Shown here one piece after another: positions 23,678 to 36,684 of a DNA stretch of 64,000 nucleotides. A program made the position numbers and the translations under genes. The notes beneath the pieces were generated by a model that saw only the letters and a list, made by a program, of their open reading frames with translations, was not told the origin of the DNA and searched no databases. Every line of letters starts with the position of its first letter. Within the stretch, counting starts at the first letter, position 1. This DNA is from Callorhinchus milii (taxonomy: Eukaryota), in assembly GCF_018977255.1 (NCBI RefSeq), contig NW_024704742.1, forward strand, positions 12,836,001 to 12,900,000, read 5' to 3'.

Positions 23678-23826
23678 AGTGTAAAAGAAGTCGCTGGGAA
23701 CACTCAGCAGGTCAGGCAGTATCTTTGGAGAAAGGAAAGTGAGTCAACGTTTCGGGTCCACGACCCTTTGTGAGAACCTTGTGACTTCTGTTTTTGTTTC
23801 AGATTTCCAGCAGTATTTTGCATTTT
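23678..23826. mobile_element. Penelope-like element terminal-repeat remnant
   Basis: gctgggaacactcagcaggtcaggcagtatct...gagtcaacgtttcgggtc...ttcagatttccagca resembles PLE-derived termini recalled from shark genomes; not verified by search. Confidence 0.55.
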
Positions 23827-24397
23827 AAGTGTAGATGAGATGACCAAACATTCCACAATGTAAAATATTCCATGAATCAGGTTGTGCTTGTACTTGGGCT
23901 GGAGAGAGTGTGTCACCTGTGGAGGATTGGAAGGTGGCAAAATGGGAATGGATAAATTTTCTGAACTAACATTGAAGTTCAGAGCTCTTGTGCTAAATTT
24001 ATCCTCAGGAGATTAAATAGCTCTGATGTAGAATCAAAGATAGGTTAGATCTATGAGAAAGAGAAGAGTAGGCTCTATTGAGTTAAATTATCTCATTCTA
24101 TGTTTCACTTCTTTTAACTTTTATTCTTTGGTCAGAGTAACCACTTGGTGTACTATCCTTAATGCAAGCTCAATTCAATTGTAAGATAATGTTACAATAC
24201 AAATATACATTTATATACATTTACAATTACATTTTATGTTGCCTTTCATGTTTAGAGGAGGTCCCAAGGCCCTTGGCACCAGAGCTGGAGGAGGGAACTG
24301 AGAAGGTTAGGGAGGGAGGAGAAAAGATGACTGCAAATATTTTTGTTTGAAAATATGATGCTTTTTTCCTTTGATTACAGATATCATGTTAGCATAA

Positions 24398-24505
<108 letters not shown>

Positions 24506-26298
24506 TGACTGATACCAACATCCTACTTGCATAATTTGAATGTTTTCTTTTAAGTGTGACACCAAAAGCATGGTAGCTCTCATCACAATGGCGCTCATTC
24601 AGAAGGCTTTATTTAGACTCGGATTTCCTTGTTCATCCAATTGCTGAACCTTACAACATGGAAACAAGTCACAATGTCCAGGTGTTTTTGGAGGTTTTTC
24701 TCTATGTGAACCTCGGTGCACTCTCCTGCTCTCTCCAATTAATATTCTTCCTCCAAGCATCCATCTAAGTTCCCTTTTAAAATAATCTATGTTGTTTACT
24801 TATGGCAGGGAATTTCAGTGTAATTTTTTTCATAACCTCCCCTTTAATTTTTTTTGTGATTTTTAAACCATTGTTACTGACTTGCCAACCAGTGTAAATA
24901 CTGTAATCTGTTGCTATGTACACCTTTGTAAATTTAAGAAGGCTTATTAGGTCATTCAGACTTTAATTCTATGTTTGGCAACTTCATGCTGAAAGGCTGA
25001 GTCCAATCCTGCCACGTAAAAGCCCACAGTCTCTCCATGTGCTGCCATTTATTGTGGTTGTAGAGATATCTGCTTCTTGGATAGATTGCCCTCCGAGCTG
25101 AGGAATAGTACAGTAATGGATATGGACATAGAGAGAAAGGAAGAGAATAAGAACATTAAATTGCATTATAAATAAAGGATATGTGCAGGATATGGGATAC
25201 ATTTTACATCCCACAATGGATTCAATAACTCCGGAGGATTGTGGTTGAGCGAGATATGGTCAATGTCTCCCATATGCTATAATTCCTATTCTGTGGCTCC
25301 TCATCTTTGTATTCTGCCACCTCTAATTATAATAATAATAATAATCCTTGCATTTGATATTGCGCCTTATCACGTCTTTGAGACGTCTCAAAGCACTTCA
25401 CAGAATATACTGTAAAGTGAATTGACCGTATATTTTGTGAGCAAAACGCGGCAGTCAGTTGCGCACAGTAGTGTCCCACAAACAGTAGTGGATTGAGTGA
25501 CCAATTTATTAACAATGCCACAATTATGACCAAGGTAATTTCCAATCACTTTTATCTACTTCATTCATATCGCCTTGCTTGTCTCAAACTTTTTCTGCAT
25601 TCACTTTCTGCCCTTGGAGTAAAGTCCCTCATCACCTCTCTCACCATTGCCCTCTTAAATCAAAGCTCCTTCTGTAACGGCCTGCAATCCATCCAAATGT
25701 CGGAGCATTATTTGACCCACTCAAATTGCGTTGATTCGATCTCCACCATATTATGGACTGTCAGTACCTCCCCAATTTACTTCTACCCTCTTCCCCCTCC
25801 CAGTACGTCAGTCATCTCCATGGTTTTGGGTCCATAGGCACACAACCTGGTACAACCAGCCTAACCAACCATTGCAAACTACGTCTCAATAAGCAATATT
25901 GCCTCTCTCTATCTCTCTCTGGCCAATTATTATTCCAGGATCACCTCTTGAAGTAAAAGAGCAGGGTTTTTCTTTATCTGGGAGAGAAAATTTATTGGCT
26001 AAAAAGTATGGAGGTTGCCAGCCTATCTGTCTTCACTGCTCTTTGCAATGTTCCTGAGCCAGTTCCGTTCCAATTGTGGAGCTGTAAATTGAGGTGAAAA
26101 TTATTTTTAAAAATGATTTAGACTCTTTTAAGTCAACTATTGTGTGCATGCTTGTGACAGATGAAGAGAGTCAATGGGACATTGTGTTTGGACCTTGAGT
26201 GAAGGTGGAGGCAAAGTTCACAATAGCAATGTTAATAGTTTAGTAAAAACATTGATGAAAATGAAGAATACTATCCCAATTTTTTTTTTAAATCGCAG

Positions 26299-26383
26299 AA
26301 TATTTGAATTTAGGAAAACGATAGGAAACCGGGAAAGCTGTCAACGTATGGTTCCAAAAGACTACCCTATATTAATCGACAAG
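26299..26383 (+). CDS. ABHD18: ABHD18 coding exon 2: (R)IFEFRKTIGNRESCQRMVPKDYPILIDK
   Basis: Acceptor tcgcag and donor AAG|GTAAAA; frame continuous with neighbours; homologous to FEFRKMIGNRERCQ. Confidence 0.95.
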
Positions 26384-26439
26384 GTAAAAATTATTTTAAA
26401 TTGCATCATTAAGTAGTGAAATATATACTAGGTACTACA

Positions 26440-27900
26440 ACAACAACAAAATTACATTTGTATAGTGCCCTTTCTGTTGGGAGGACGTCCCAAGGCGCTG
26501 GACAGACAGCGTTACGGACTCGAGCTAAGGGTCAGGGTGGGAGAGGGTGGAGGGCAGGGGGGGAAGCAGGGAGATCGAAAGCACGACCAAAGAGGAGGGC
26601 CTTGAGGTGGGTCTTGAAGGTGGCGAGGGAGGGGGTGGGATGGAGGGACTGCGGGATAGAGTTCCAAAGGGTGGGGGCAGAGTGGCGGAAGGCCCGCCCG
26701 CCGATAGTGGGATGAGCAAGGTGGGGGACGTGAAGCAGGCCAGAGCCTGCTGAGCGGAGGGAGCAAGCAGGATGGTAGGGGGTTAGGAGGCCAGAGAGGT
26801 AGGGGGGAGCAAGACCATGGAGGGCTTTGAAGGTGAGGACCAGGATCTGGAACTATAACCTCTGTGATGGGAAGCCAGTGGAGTTGGATGAGGATGAGGG
26901 TGATAGGGTCGCGGAGCCTAGTGCGGGAGAGGACACGGGCTGCAGAGTTCTGGATGATCTGCAGCCTATGGGGGGAGGATTTGGGAAGGCCGACAAGCAA
27001 TGAGTTTGCATAGTCGAACCTCGATGTAATGAAAGCGTGCATGAGGGCTTCGGCAGCCTGCAGTGTGAGACAGTGTCAGAGCTGGGTGATATTGCGGAGG
27101 TGGGGGAAGGCCATGGCGCAGATATGCAGTAGAAAGGATAGTTGAGGGTCAAATAAGACGCCAAGGTTCCAGACTGGCTTAGCAAGATGCAGTGTGCAAC
27201 CATGGATGGTGATGCTGTCAGCGCCTCAGTCTTGTTCACATTCAACTGAAGAAAGTTAGCTCTCATCTGGGACTTGATGTCTGACAGATATTCTGTCAGC
27301 ACAGCAGTGGTCCTGGAGTCAAGGTTGGAGGCAGAGAGGTAGAGTTGGATGTCATCCGCATACATGTGGAAGTTGACCCCATGTCTGCGGATGATGTCAT
27401 CAAGAGGGAGCATATAGATATTGAAGAGGAGGGGACCAAGGACAGCCCTGAGGAACGTCGCACAAGGGCTAGAGGAGAAGCAGTTTGAGGAGATGAAGTG
27501 CAGGCGGTATGAGAGGTACTATCTGAACCAATCAAGGACAGCGCCGGGGAGAGGAGAGGCGGTGGATGAGGATAGAGTGGTCAACGGTGTCAAAAGCAGC
27601 AGAGAGGTCAAGGAGGACGAGGAGGCAGAGGGAGCCCTGGTCACAGATGGACAGAATGTCATTTGTCACTTTGACCAGGGCTGCTTCTGTGCTGTGGGCG
27701 GCACAGAAGTCTGATTGGAGGGGTTTGAGAAGGGAATGGTGGGAGAGGAAGGAGCGAAGCTGAGAAGCAATAACTTGTTCCAGGACCTTGGGGAGGAAGG
27801 GGAGGTTGGAGATGGGGCAGTAGTTAGGGAGTTGAGAGGATGGGCGGAGGAGCCAGTTCGTGATGAAGAAGAGGAGCCTGGGGTTGTCCTTAGCCTCCAA
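26440..27900 (-). mobile_element. L2 LINE ORF2 (RT) fragment with 3' tail
   Basis: PISNLPFLPKVLE, HSTEAAL, LLDLSAAFDTVDH, HMYADDIQLY, HWLPI; (AAC)n tail at ~26440. Confidence 0.9.
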
Positions 27901-29441
27901 GATTGTTGTTTGTTTTTGTTGTAGGTACTAGGTTTGGGATATGAGACAGGAAAAAGTAGCTGGTTCTCATCATTCCAATGTCTTGATCTGTGTGTCTTGC
28001 TTGTTTTTTTTAATCTCTAGAGAATGTTTTGGTTGACATGTGAAAACAATATAATCTGCTGATGTTGCACCTTTTGTGATTGACCAGTATCTTATTTATA
28101 CATAGAAAAGAATCAATTTCAACTGAGGTGGGGTGGGGGGAGTTAATTGTGTACATCTGCTTTGAAGGTTTCTTGGCTGAGTTTGATTATCAATTCAATA
28201 TAACCCAACCATGGAAGTTATGGGGATACTTTGGGTCTCATATTCTGTCATGTCTAATTAACTGCCTGGAAGGTGGCAGAGTTATTACGTACACACTTGG
28301 ATGATCTCTCTTCTGAGTTCAGTAAAACTCATTGGCATAGGATGCGTCATGTAGGGAAGCTACTGTGAATCATTTAACATTGATGGTTATCTGATACAAT
28401 CAAAACATTTTGCAAAATCAATAAAGTAGTGATAATGGGGGACTTCAATTATCCTAACATGGACTGGGAAACACACAGTGTAAAGGGCAAGGAAGGGGAG
28501 GAATTCCTGAAATGCGTGCAGGGGAACTTTCCGTATCAGCATGTTTCCAGTTCAACAAGGAAGGAAGCAGTGCTGGATTTAGTTCTGGGAAATGAAGTGG
28601 GGCAAGTGGAGCAGGTTTCAGTAGGAGAGCATCTGGATAACAGTGATCACAATATCATTAGGTTTAGAACAGTTATGGAAAAGGACAACAATCAATCAAA
28701 GGTAAAGACCCTATCCCGAAGTAGGCTGATTTCAGTGAGCTAAAAAGGGACCTGGCCAAGATAGATTGGAAAGAAAGATTGACAGGTAAGACAGTAAACA
28801 AACAATGGGAAGCCTTCAAGGAGGAGATAGTTTGGGTACAGAGCAAATACATTCCCACAAAAGGGAATGGTAGGACAGTCAAACCTCCCTGGATGACTAA
28901 GGAAATTGGGTTTACAATAAAACAGAAAAAGGAGGTTTATGACAAATGTTAGGTCCAAAACACACAGGATAATCAAATAGAATACAGGAAGTACAGAGCA
29001 GAAGTGAAAAGGGAAATATGAGTGGCGAAGAGATTGTACGAGAATTTTCTGTTTTATTAGTTGGAAACATAAAAGGGAACCCTAAGGTATTTTTAAGCAT
29101 ATCAAAAGTAAAAGGTTAGTCAAAGGTAGGGTTTGTCCAATTAGAGACCCTAGTAGAAATCTTCTTGTTGAGGCAGAGGGCATTGCTGATGTACTAAATA
29201 AGTGCTTTGCAACTGTCTTCACAAAAGAAGATGATGCAACCAATGCCACAATATCTCAGGTGTGTGAACAGAAATTGGATATGATAAAAATCAAGAGAGA
29301 GGAGGTCCTAGGCTACTGAGGGAAGCAAAGGTGGAAATAGCGGAAGCTCTGGCCACAATCTTTCAGTCCTCTTTGGACACTGGAGTGGTGCCAGAGGACT
29401 GGAAGGTTGCAAATGTTACTCTCCTGTACAAAAAGAGGCAG

Positions 29442-31195
29442 AACAACAACAACAAGATTACATTTGTATCGCGCCTTTCACGTCGGGAGGACGTCCCAAG
29501 GTTCTGGACTGTGTACAGCATTTCAGACCTGAGCTGGGGTTGGAGGGGAGGGGAAGGGGGGTGACCAATGGCATGGTCGAAGAGGAAGGTCTTGAGGCGG
29601 GACTTGAAGGAGGCTCCTTAGCAAAGGAGGCGAAGCAAAGTGATTGGGGGATGGAATTCCAGAGCTTGATGGCTCTCCCACCAATGGGGGGGCGGGTGGG
29701 TCGGGGGACGTGGAGGAGGCCGGAGCCGGCTGAGCAGAGGGAATGGGCGGGTTGGTAGGGGTTTAGGAGTTCTCAGAGGTAGGGTGGGGTGAGGCCATGG
29801 AGGGCTTTGTAGGTGAGGACCAGGATCTTGAACTGGATCCTCTGAAGGATAGGGAGCCAATGGAGTTGGGCGAGAATGGGGGAGATGGGGTCACGGAGTT
29901 TGGTGTAGGAGAGGACACGGACTGCAGAGTTCTGGATTATCTGCAGCCTGTGGAGGGAGGAGTTGGGAAGGCCGACAAGCAGGGCGTTTGCATAGTCGAG
30001 CCTGGAGGTGATGAAGGCATGAACAAGAGTTTCAGCCGCCTGAGGGGTGAGGTAGTGGCAGAATCGGGTGATGTTACGGAGGTGAGGAAAGGCAGAGCGG
30101 GTCATGGTTTGGATGTGGGGAAGAAAAGACAGTTGAGGGTCGAACAAGACACCGAGGTTCCTGACTGGCTTGGTGAGTTGAAGTGTGCAACCATGGAGGT
30201 TGATGCTGCCAGAGCCTGAGGTGCTTGAGGCGCTGGCGTGAGCCAATCAGGAGGGCCTCAGTCTTGTTCACATTCAACTGTAGGAAATTTGCCCTCATCC
30301 AGGACTTGATGTCCGACAGGCAGTCTGTCAGGACAGCAGTGGTCCTGGAGTTGAGGGTGGAGACAGAAAGATAAAGTTGGGTGTCATCCGCATACATAGG
30401 GAAGCTGACCCCATGTCTGCGGATGATGTCACCAAGGGGGAGCATGTAGATATTAAAGAGGAGAGGGCCAAGGACAGAGCCCTGGGGTCGCCAGACGTGA
30501 CAGTGCAGGGACTGGAGGAGAAACTGTTGGAGGTAACAAAGTGGAGATGGTGAGAGAGATAGGAATCGAACCAGGCAAGGGCAGGTCCGCGAAGATTGAG
30601 TAAAGTGTATGAGGATGGAGTGGTCGACAGTGTCGAAGGCGGCAGAGAGGTCGAGGAGGACAAGGAGGCAGAGGGAGCCCTGATCACAGATGTTCAGAAT
30701 GTCATTATTGACTTTGACCAGGGCTGTTTCCGTGCTGTGGGCAGCGCGGAAGCTGGATTGGAGGGGTTCAAAGAGGGAATGGCGAGAAAGAAAGGAGCGG
30801 AGCTGGGACACGATGACTCGTTCCAGGACCTTGGAGAGGAATGGGAGGTTACAGATGGGGCAGTAGCTGGAGTGAAGGGATGGGTCCAGGGAAGGTTTTT
30901 TCAAGATGGGGGTGATGATGGCTGTTTTTAGGAGGGTGGGAACTGAACTGGTGGACAAGGAGAGGTTGATGATGTCGGACAGGAGAGGGGCCAGAAGGTG
31001 GACCTGGGAGACAAGGAAAGAGATGGGGATGGGATCGAGGGAGCAGGTGGTGGGTTTGAGTTTGCGGACAGTCGTGGTGAGGGAGGAAGGCGAAATAGGG
31101 TCAAAGGAGTATAGGGAGAATGGGTGGGGCTTGGGTCATGAGGGAGAAGTGATGTGGGGGTGGCTGTGGACGGGGCAGAGGTGGCTGAATGTATC
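29442..31195 (-). mobile_element. L2 LINE (~1.75 kb, 5'-truncated) nested in CR1
   Basis: LKKPSLDP...LDLSAAFDTVDH...PQGSVLGPLLFNIYM...YADDTQLY...HWLPILQRIQFK; (AAC)n tail at 29442. Confidence 0.92.
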
Positions 31196-31841
31196 CCCTC
31201 AACCTGAGAACTGCAGGCCAATCAGTAGCAGGGAAACTTCTGGAGACTATAATCCGGGACAATATAAATTCTCACTTAGAAAAATATGGTTTAATAAAGG
31301 ACAGTCAACACGAATTTGTTAAAGGCAGATCGTGTCTGACAAACCTAATAGAATTGTTTGATGAAGTGACTGAGCGGGTGGATGAAGGTACTGCAGTAGA
31401 CATAGTTTATCTAGATTTTCAAAAGGCATTTGATAAAGTGCCACATAAAAGACTTATAACCAAAATAGAAGCCCACGGTGTTAAAGGGACTGTGGCAACA
31501 TGGATCCAGAACTGGCTAGGAGACAGAAAGCAGAGAGTGGTAGTAAACGGTTGCTTTTCTGACTGGAGGGAGGTGTGTAGTTGTGACCCTCAGGGGTTGG
31601 TATTGGGACCACTGCTCTTTCTGATCTATATTAATGATTTGAACCTGGATATAGGGAGCACAATTTCCAAATTTGCAGACGATACTAAGCTAGGAAAAGT
31701 AGTTAATGGTGAGGAGGATAGGACTAGACTCCAAGAGGACTTAGACAGATTGGTAAAACGGGCAGAAACATGGCAGATGAGGAGAAACTTGAAGTGTTGC
31801 GTTTCGGTAGGAAGAATGAGGAGAGGCAGTGTAAGCTATAT

Positions 31842-33663
31842 CAGGGTGGGCAAAAGACGGCCTGCGGGCCATATCTCGCAGCCTGTTGAATCAGGCTGAC
31901 ATCAGAAATGTACGGATCGGCAAATTTTCAAACACAAACACTGAAGCGGATGTTAATTCGAAATGAGTTTATCAAAGAAGAGGAAAGTGGATGCTGAAGG
32001 CCGAATATTCAACAAAGAATGGACGTCTAAATATTTTTTTACCTGTGGAAAATAAAATAAATAAACTAAAAATAAATTAAAAAATAAATAAAATAAAAGT
32101 AATGTGCAGTTACAAAATAACGTAAGCAATTTTGCATGTTTTTCACTGGCACTCGATGAGAGTTGTGATGTCAAAGACACAGCCCAGTTGATAATTTTTA
32201 TTCGAGGTATCACCAAACATTTTGAGCTCACAGAAGAATTGGCAGCATTGCAGTCAATGAAAGATATGACAACTGGAGAAGACTTTTTGGAGGCAATAAA
32301 TAAGTGTATCTTAAAATTAAGAGTGAAGTGGAAAAAATTGGTAAATATGACCACCGATGGAAGCCCAAATCTAACAGGCAAAAATGTTGGGTTACTGAAA
32401 AGAATTCAAGATCAAGTCAAAGAAACAAACCCAGAACAGAATATTGTTTTTCTACACTGCATTATTCACCAAGAGGTCCTCTGTAAACAGAGTGTTCTAA
32501 AACTAAGCAATGTCTTGGACACAGTTATGAGGTGGTCAACCACATTCGAGCAAAGAGGATTAAACCACAGGCAATTGTAACTCTGTTTAAGGAATTGGAA
32601 TCCGAGCACACGGATGTTCTGTATCATATCACACACATGTAAGACGGCTTAGTTTAGGAAAGGTCTTGAAAAGAGTGTGGAAACTGAGAACAGAGATTGA
32701 TTGATTTTTGGACATGAAACAAAAAGATTCGGATTTCCCATAGCTGAATGATGTGAATTGGCTCTGATTTCGTATTTGCCATTGATATCATGGGCCACAT
32801 GAATGAACTGAATTCAAAACTGCAACAGGAGGGAGCCTTTGTGCACGATTTGTATTGCAGTGTCAAGTAATTTATATTGAAATAATTTTATCGCGTCAGA
32901 TAGGAAACAGGCTGTTTGACCACTTTCCAGCAGATTACTTTTGCGATCAAAGCCTTAAAAAGTATACTTCGTCACTACTTGACTTACATGCCGAATTTTC
33001 TCGCCGATTCCAGGATTTCAATTTGATCGAAAATGACCTGTCTTTGGTCTTCATCTTTCTCGTTTGATGTTGAGAAAGCCCCATTTCACCTCCAATTTGT
33101 GCTTACTGACCTGCAATGTGATCCATTGCTTGCGGAGCAATTCAAATCAGTGCCGCTTCCCAGTTTTTACGCCTCTCTGAATGAATATACCTTTCTAAAA
33201 ATAAAGGCTTGTGTCCAGAGGATGCTTGTGCTGTTTGGATCAACATACATATGCGAGGAGACATTTTCTGTGATGAAATGTAATAAATCAAAACATAGAT
33301 CTGTGATGACTGATGACCACCTTGCAGCAGTACTCCGCATTGCAACAACAGAGACGATACCTGACTTCAATTGTCTAGTTAACGCACATCAGCGCTTTCA
33401 TTCTTCCCATTGATTGAGCTTCTCACATTCTCATCAATATGTGAATAAATGAATAAATATCGAATAAATGTCTGCTGATGAGTTGTCTTTATTTAACCTA
33501 ATTTTAATGAATGTCAATTATATAGACTACTTTATACATGTACGAGTGTAAGACTTGATTTTGAGCTATTATTAAGCATTTGCATCAAGATTAAGTGTGT
33601 TGTCTGTGAAGCTTACTAAAACTCGTGAAGTGGCCTGCCAGCCAAAATGATTGCCCACCTCTG
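31842..33663 (+). mobile_element. hAT DNA transposon (Charlie/SPIN/Buster-type transposase), internally deleted and decayed, nested in CR1
   Basis: TIRs CAG-GGTGGGCAA / TTGCCCACCTCTG; imperfect 8-bp TSD agctatat / agctagac. Transposase pieces: MSLSKKRKVDAEGRIFNKEW (31963), FSLALDESCD, TTDGSPNL, HCIIHQEVLC, FGSTYICEETFS. Confidence 0.9.
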
Positions 33664-34674
33664 AGCTAGACAGTACAATCTCAAAGGGGGCAAATGAAGA
33701 GAGAGACTTGAGGGTCCACATAAGCAAATCTCTGAAGGTGGCAGGACAGGTAGATAAAGCTGTTAAAAAAGCCTACGGGATACTAGGTTTTATAAATAGG
33801 GGCATAGAATTCAAAAGTCAGGAGGTTATGTTGAATATTTATAAAATGCTGGTATGGCCTCAGTTGGAGTACTGCATTTAGTTCTGGGCATCGCACTTTA
33901 GGAAAGATGTTAGGGCATTGGAAAGGGTGCAAAGGAGGTTTACCAGGATGGTACCAGGCATGAAGGACCTTAGTTATGAGGAGAGGTTAGCGAAACTAGG
34001 ATTATTCTCCCTGGAACACAGAAGATTAAGAAGGGATTTAATACAGGTTTTCAAGATCATGAGAGGTTTGATAGGTTGAACCAGGAAAACCTGTTTCCAC
34101 TGGCACGTGGGTCAGAAACCTGAGGACACCGATTTAAGTTAGTCGTTAAAAGAAACAGGGAAGGTTAGGAAAAAGTTTTTCACCCAGCGAATTGTTCGGA
34201 TCTGGAATGCATTACCTGAAAGTGTAGTGGAAGCCGATTCAATAACAACTTTTAAGAGAGAAGTAGATGGGTATTTGGGGAGGACAGGATTGCAGGGCTA
34301 TGGAGAGAAAGTGGGCCAGTGGGATTGAGTTGGATTGCTCTTTTTGGAGCTGGTGCAGACACGATGGGCCGAATGGCCTCTTTCTGTGCTGTATGATTCT
34401 ATGATTGTATGAAAACAAAAACAACCATAGGTTTGACATGTACAATAACCCCCCCATACATAAACTTATTTATCTTAACTAATTACTCATTGATCCAGAT
34501 GAAAAATTGCACTGATTTCTGCAGTACTAATACTTCTCTGAACAGTCTGATCACGAGATCCCCAACCACATTTAAAAAAAAGTTAATCCATTTGTTTTGA
34601 TCCACCATATATGATTGAACCCACGTCAAACACTAGGACACAGCAAAGATGGCTGAGCTAGAATGACATAATTA

Positions 34675-34932
34675 TCTGTACTAATGAGACGAAATGTCCG
34701 TCGGTCTGTCCGTCCGTCTGTATGTCAGCCAATAACGCAAACCTGATTGAAGTAGAGACATGATTTATATCTCATCGGAAAGGTCTTGCATTGGGGAGTG
34801 TCATTGGCATTTTTTTTTGGTGGGGATCTCTGATCGTTGATGAGCTATGACCTAAAAGCTCATCACACCTATATGGCAGTTTTGCTTTAGGTATAGACAC
34901 AGTGTTTTGACATGTTAAATGGGTACAGCTAG
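34675..34932 (+). mobile_element. Short non-autonomous Helitron
   Basis: A|TCTGTACTAATGAG... 5' end, internal (GTCC/GTCT)n microsatellite, 3' end GGGTACAGCTAG|T; inserted in an AT dinucleotide without TSD. Confidence 0.65.
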
Positions 34933-36438
34933 TTACAATAATTAAAGACTGCTATACATACAAATCCATTTACATTGAAATTATTCAAAAGTGTTTGCCT
35001 TAAATGTATCCACTTAAACCAAACTACTCTTGATCATCATTAAAACTGTTGCATTCCATTTAACAAATGCCTGCTGTTTTATATTTACTTTTGGGACATT
35101 TATTTTCTGTTTTCCTCTTGGGCTCTTTGTGCAAAGCCCTATTTATTAGCCTTTCCAGCCTTTCGGTGCACTGCCCTGCATTTGTTTTATTCCTTTGTGT
35201 TTCATATATTGCAAGATGCCCTTGTTGAAGAAGTTAAACTAAATATGGATATGTATAACTAAATATTACTCTTGGATCCTGGTGTACCAAGGCAAAAACC
35301 ATACTGAATCAAGTGACAGGATATTTCTTCCCACCTTTTATTGCCAATTCCATTTCCATTCGAAGAGATTTCAGGAGACAGGCACGCTGAGAATAAACAA
35401 CATCAACAACAAAATTACATTTGTAAAGTGCTTTTAACGTCGGGAGGACGTCCCAAGGCGCTGAACATTTCAATAAAATGATTGAAGTGAGTGTGGCAAC
35501 AGAAGTTTGTAAAAGATGTATTTTTAACTTCTTATAAACATTCTCCCTAAATTGAAGTGAAATCCTTCTCTGAAAAATGCAATATTTTAAAATCTTTTGT
35601 TTCATATCACTTTTATAAAATGGAAACTTATAATGTGAACATGACATTTCTCTGTGGTTCTTGAAAACCACTTATCTATGATTGTGCAGTGTTGATGTCC
35701 AAACCCCTTTGATTCCTTCTTTGAACATTGCCGTTCTCCATCAGCTGAGTGCGCAATTGGCTGCCGCGTTTCGCTCACAAAATATACAGTAATTTCCCTT
35801 TACAGTATATTCTGTGAAGCGCTTTGAGATGTCTCAAAGACATCTCAATCTATATCAAATGCAAGGATTATTATTAGCATTATAATTAGAATTCCTTACT
35901 AAAAGTACCCAAAGATATTTTATGCAGGTAAATTGAATTCATTTTTGATCATTTTTAGTTTTTAATGAGAGAACCTGTTTTACTCTTCTCTGTATAGATT
36001 TCAATTGTACTTCTAGGATATATATTGAACATCGGGAACTTAGATATTTTGGAGTTACCTTAAGGATGGTACATTTTGAAAATCTGTACACACAGTATAA
36101 TGTCATTAGAGTATTGCAAAGTTGAAATTTCATTGCAAGTTTATGGACCACAAAGGAACTGTTTATTGATAATGGTGAGTCTTTATCTGTTGCTCTGGCC
36201 ATGAACCAGGTGGAATGTCAACTCATAACATGTTTCGCCCACAAATATACAGTCAATTCACTTTACAGTATATTCTGTGAAGCTCTTTGAGATGTCTAGA
36301 AGACATGAAAAGCGCTATATCAAACGCAAGGATTATTATTATACTTGTACAGCTCATCTTACCTGGTACAACAATAGCATTGCCTCAATAATAGACCCAT
36401 TGCTTGTGAGTTGATTTGGTGTGTGTGTGTGTGTGTGA

Positions 36439-36684
<246 letters not shown>

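Larger units (their letters stand above)
28400..34410 (+). mobile_element. CR1 LINE (EN-RT-3'UTR), split by an L2 insertion and a hAT transposon
   Basis: IMGDFNYPNMDW (endonuclease); VPEDWKVANVT; YLDFQKAFDKVPH and FADDTKL (RT); resumes at 33664 and ends with tail tatgattctatgatt. Confidence 0.9.

Noticed and set aside
32104..33413. Domesticated transposase gene (GTF2IRD2/EPM2AIP1-like)
   Set aside because: It has multiple stops and frameshifts and an internal deletion, and it retains TIRs and a TSD inside a CR1.
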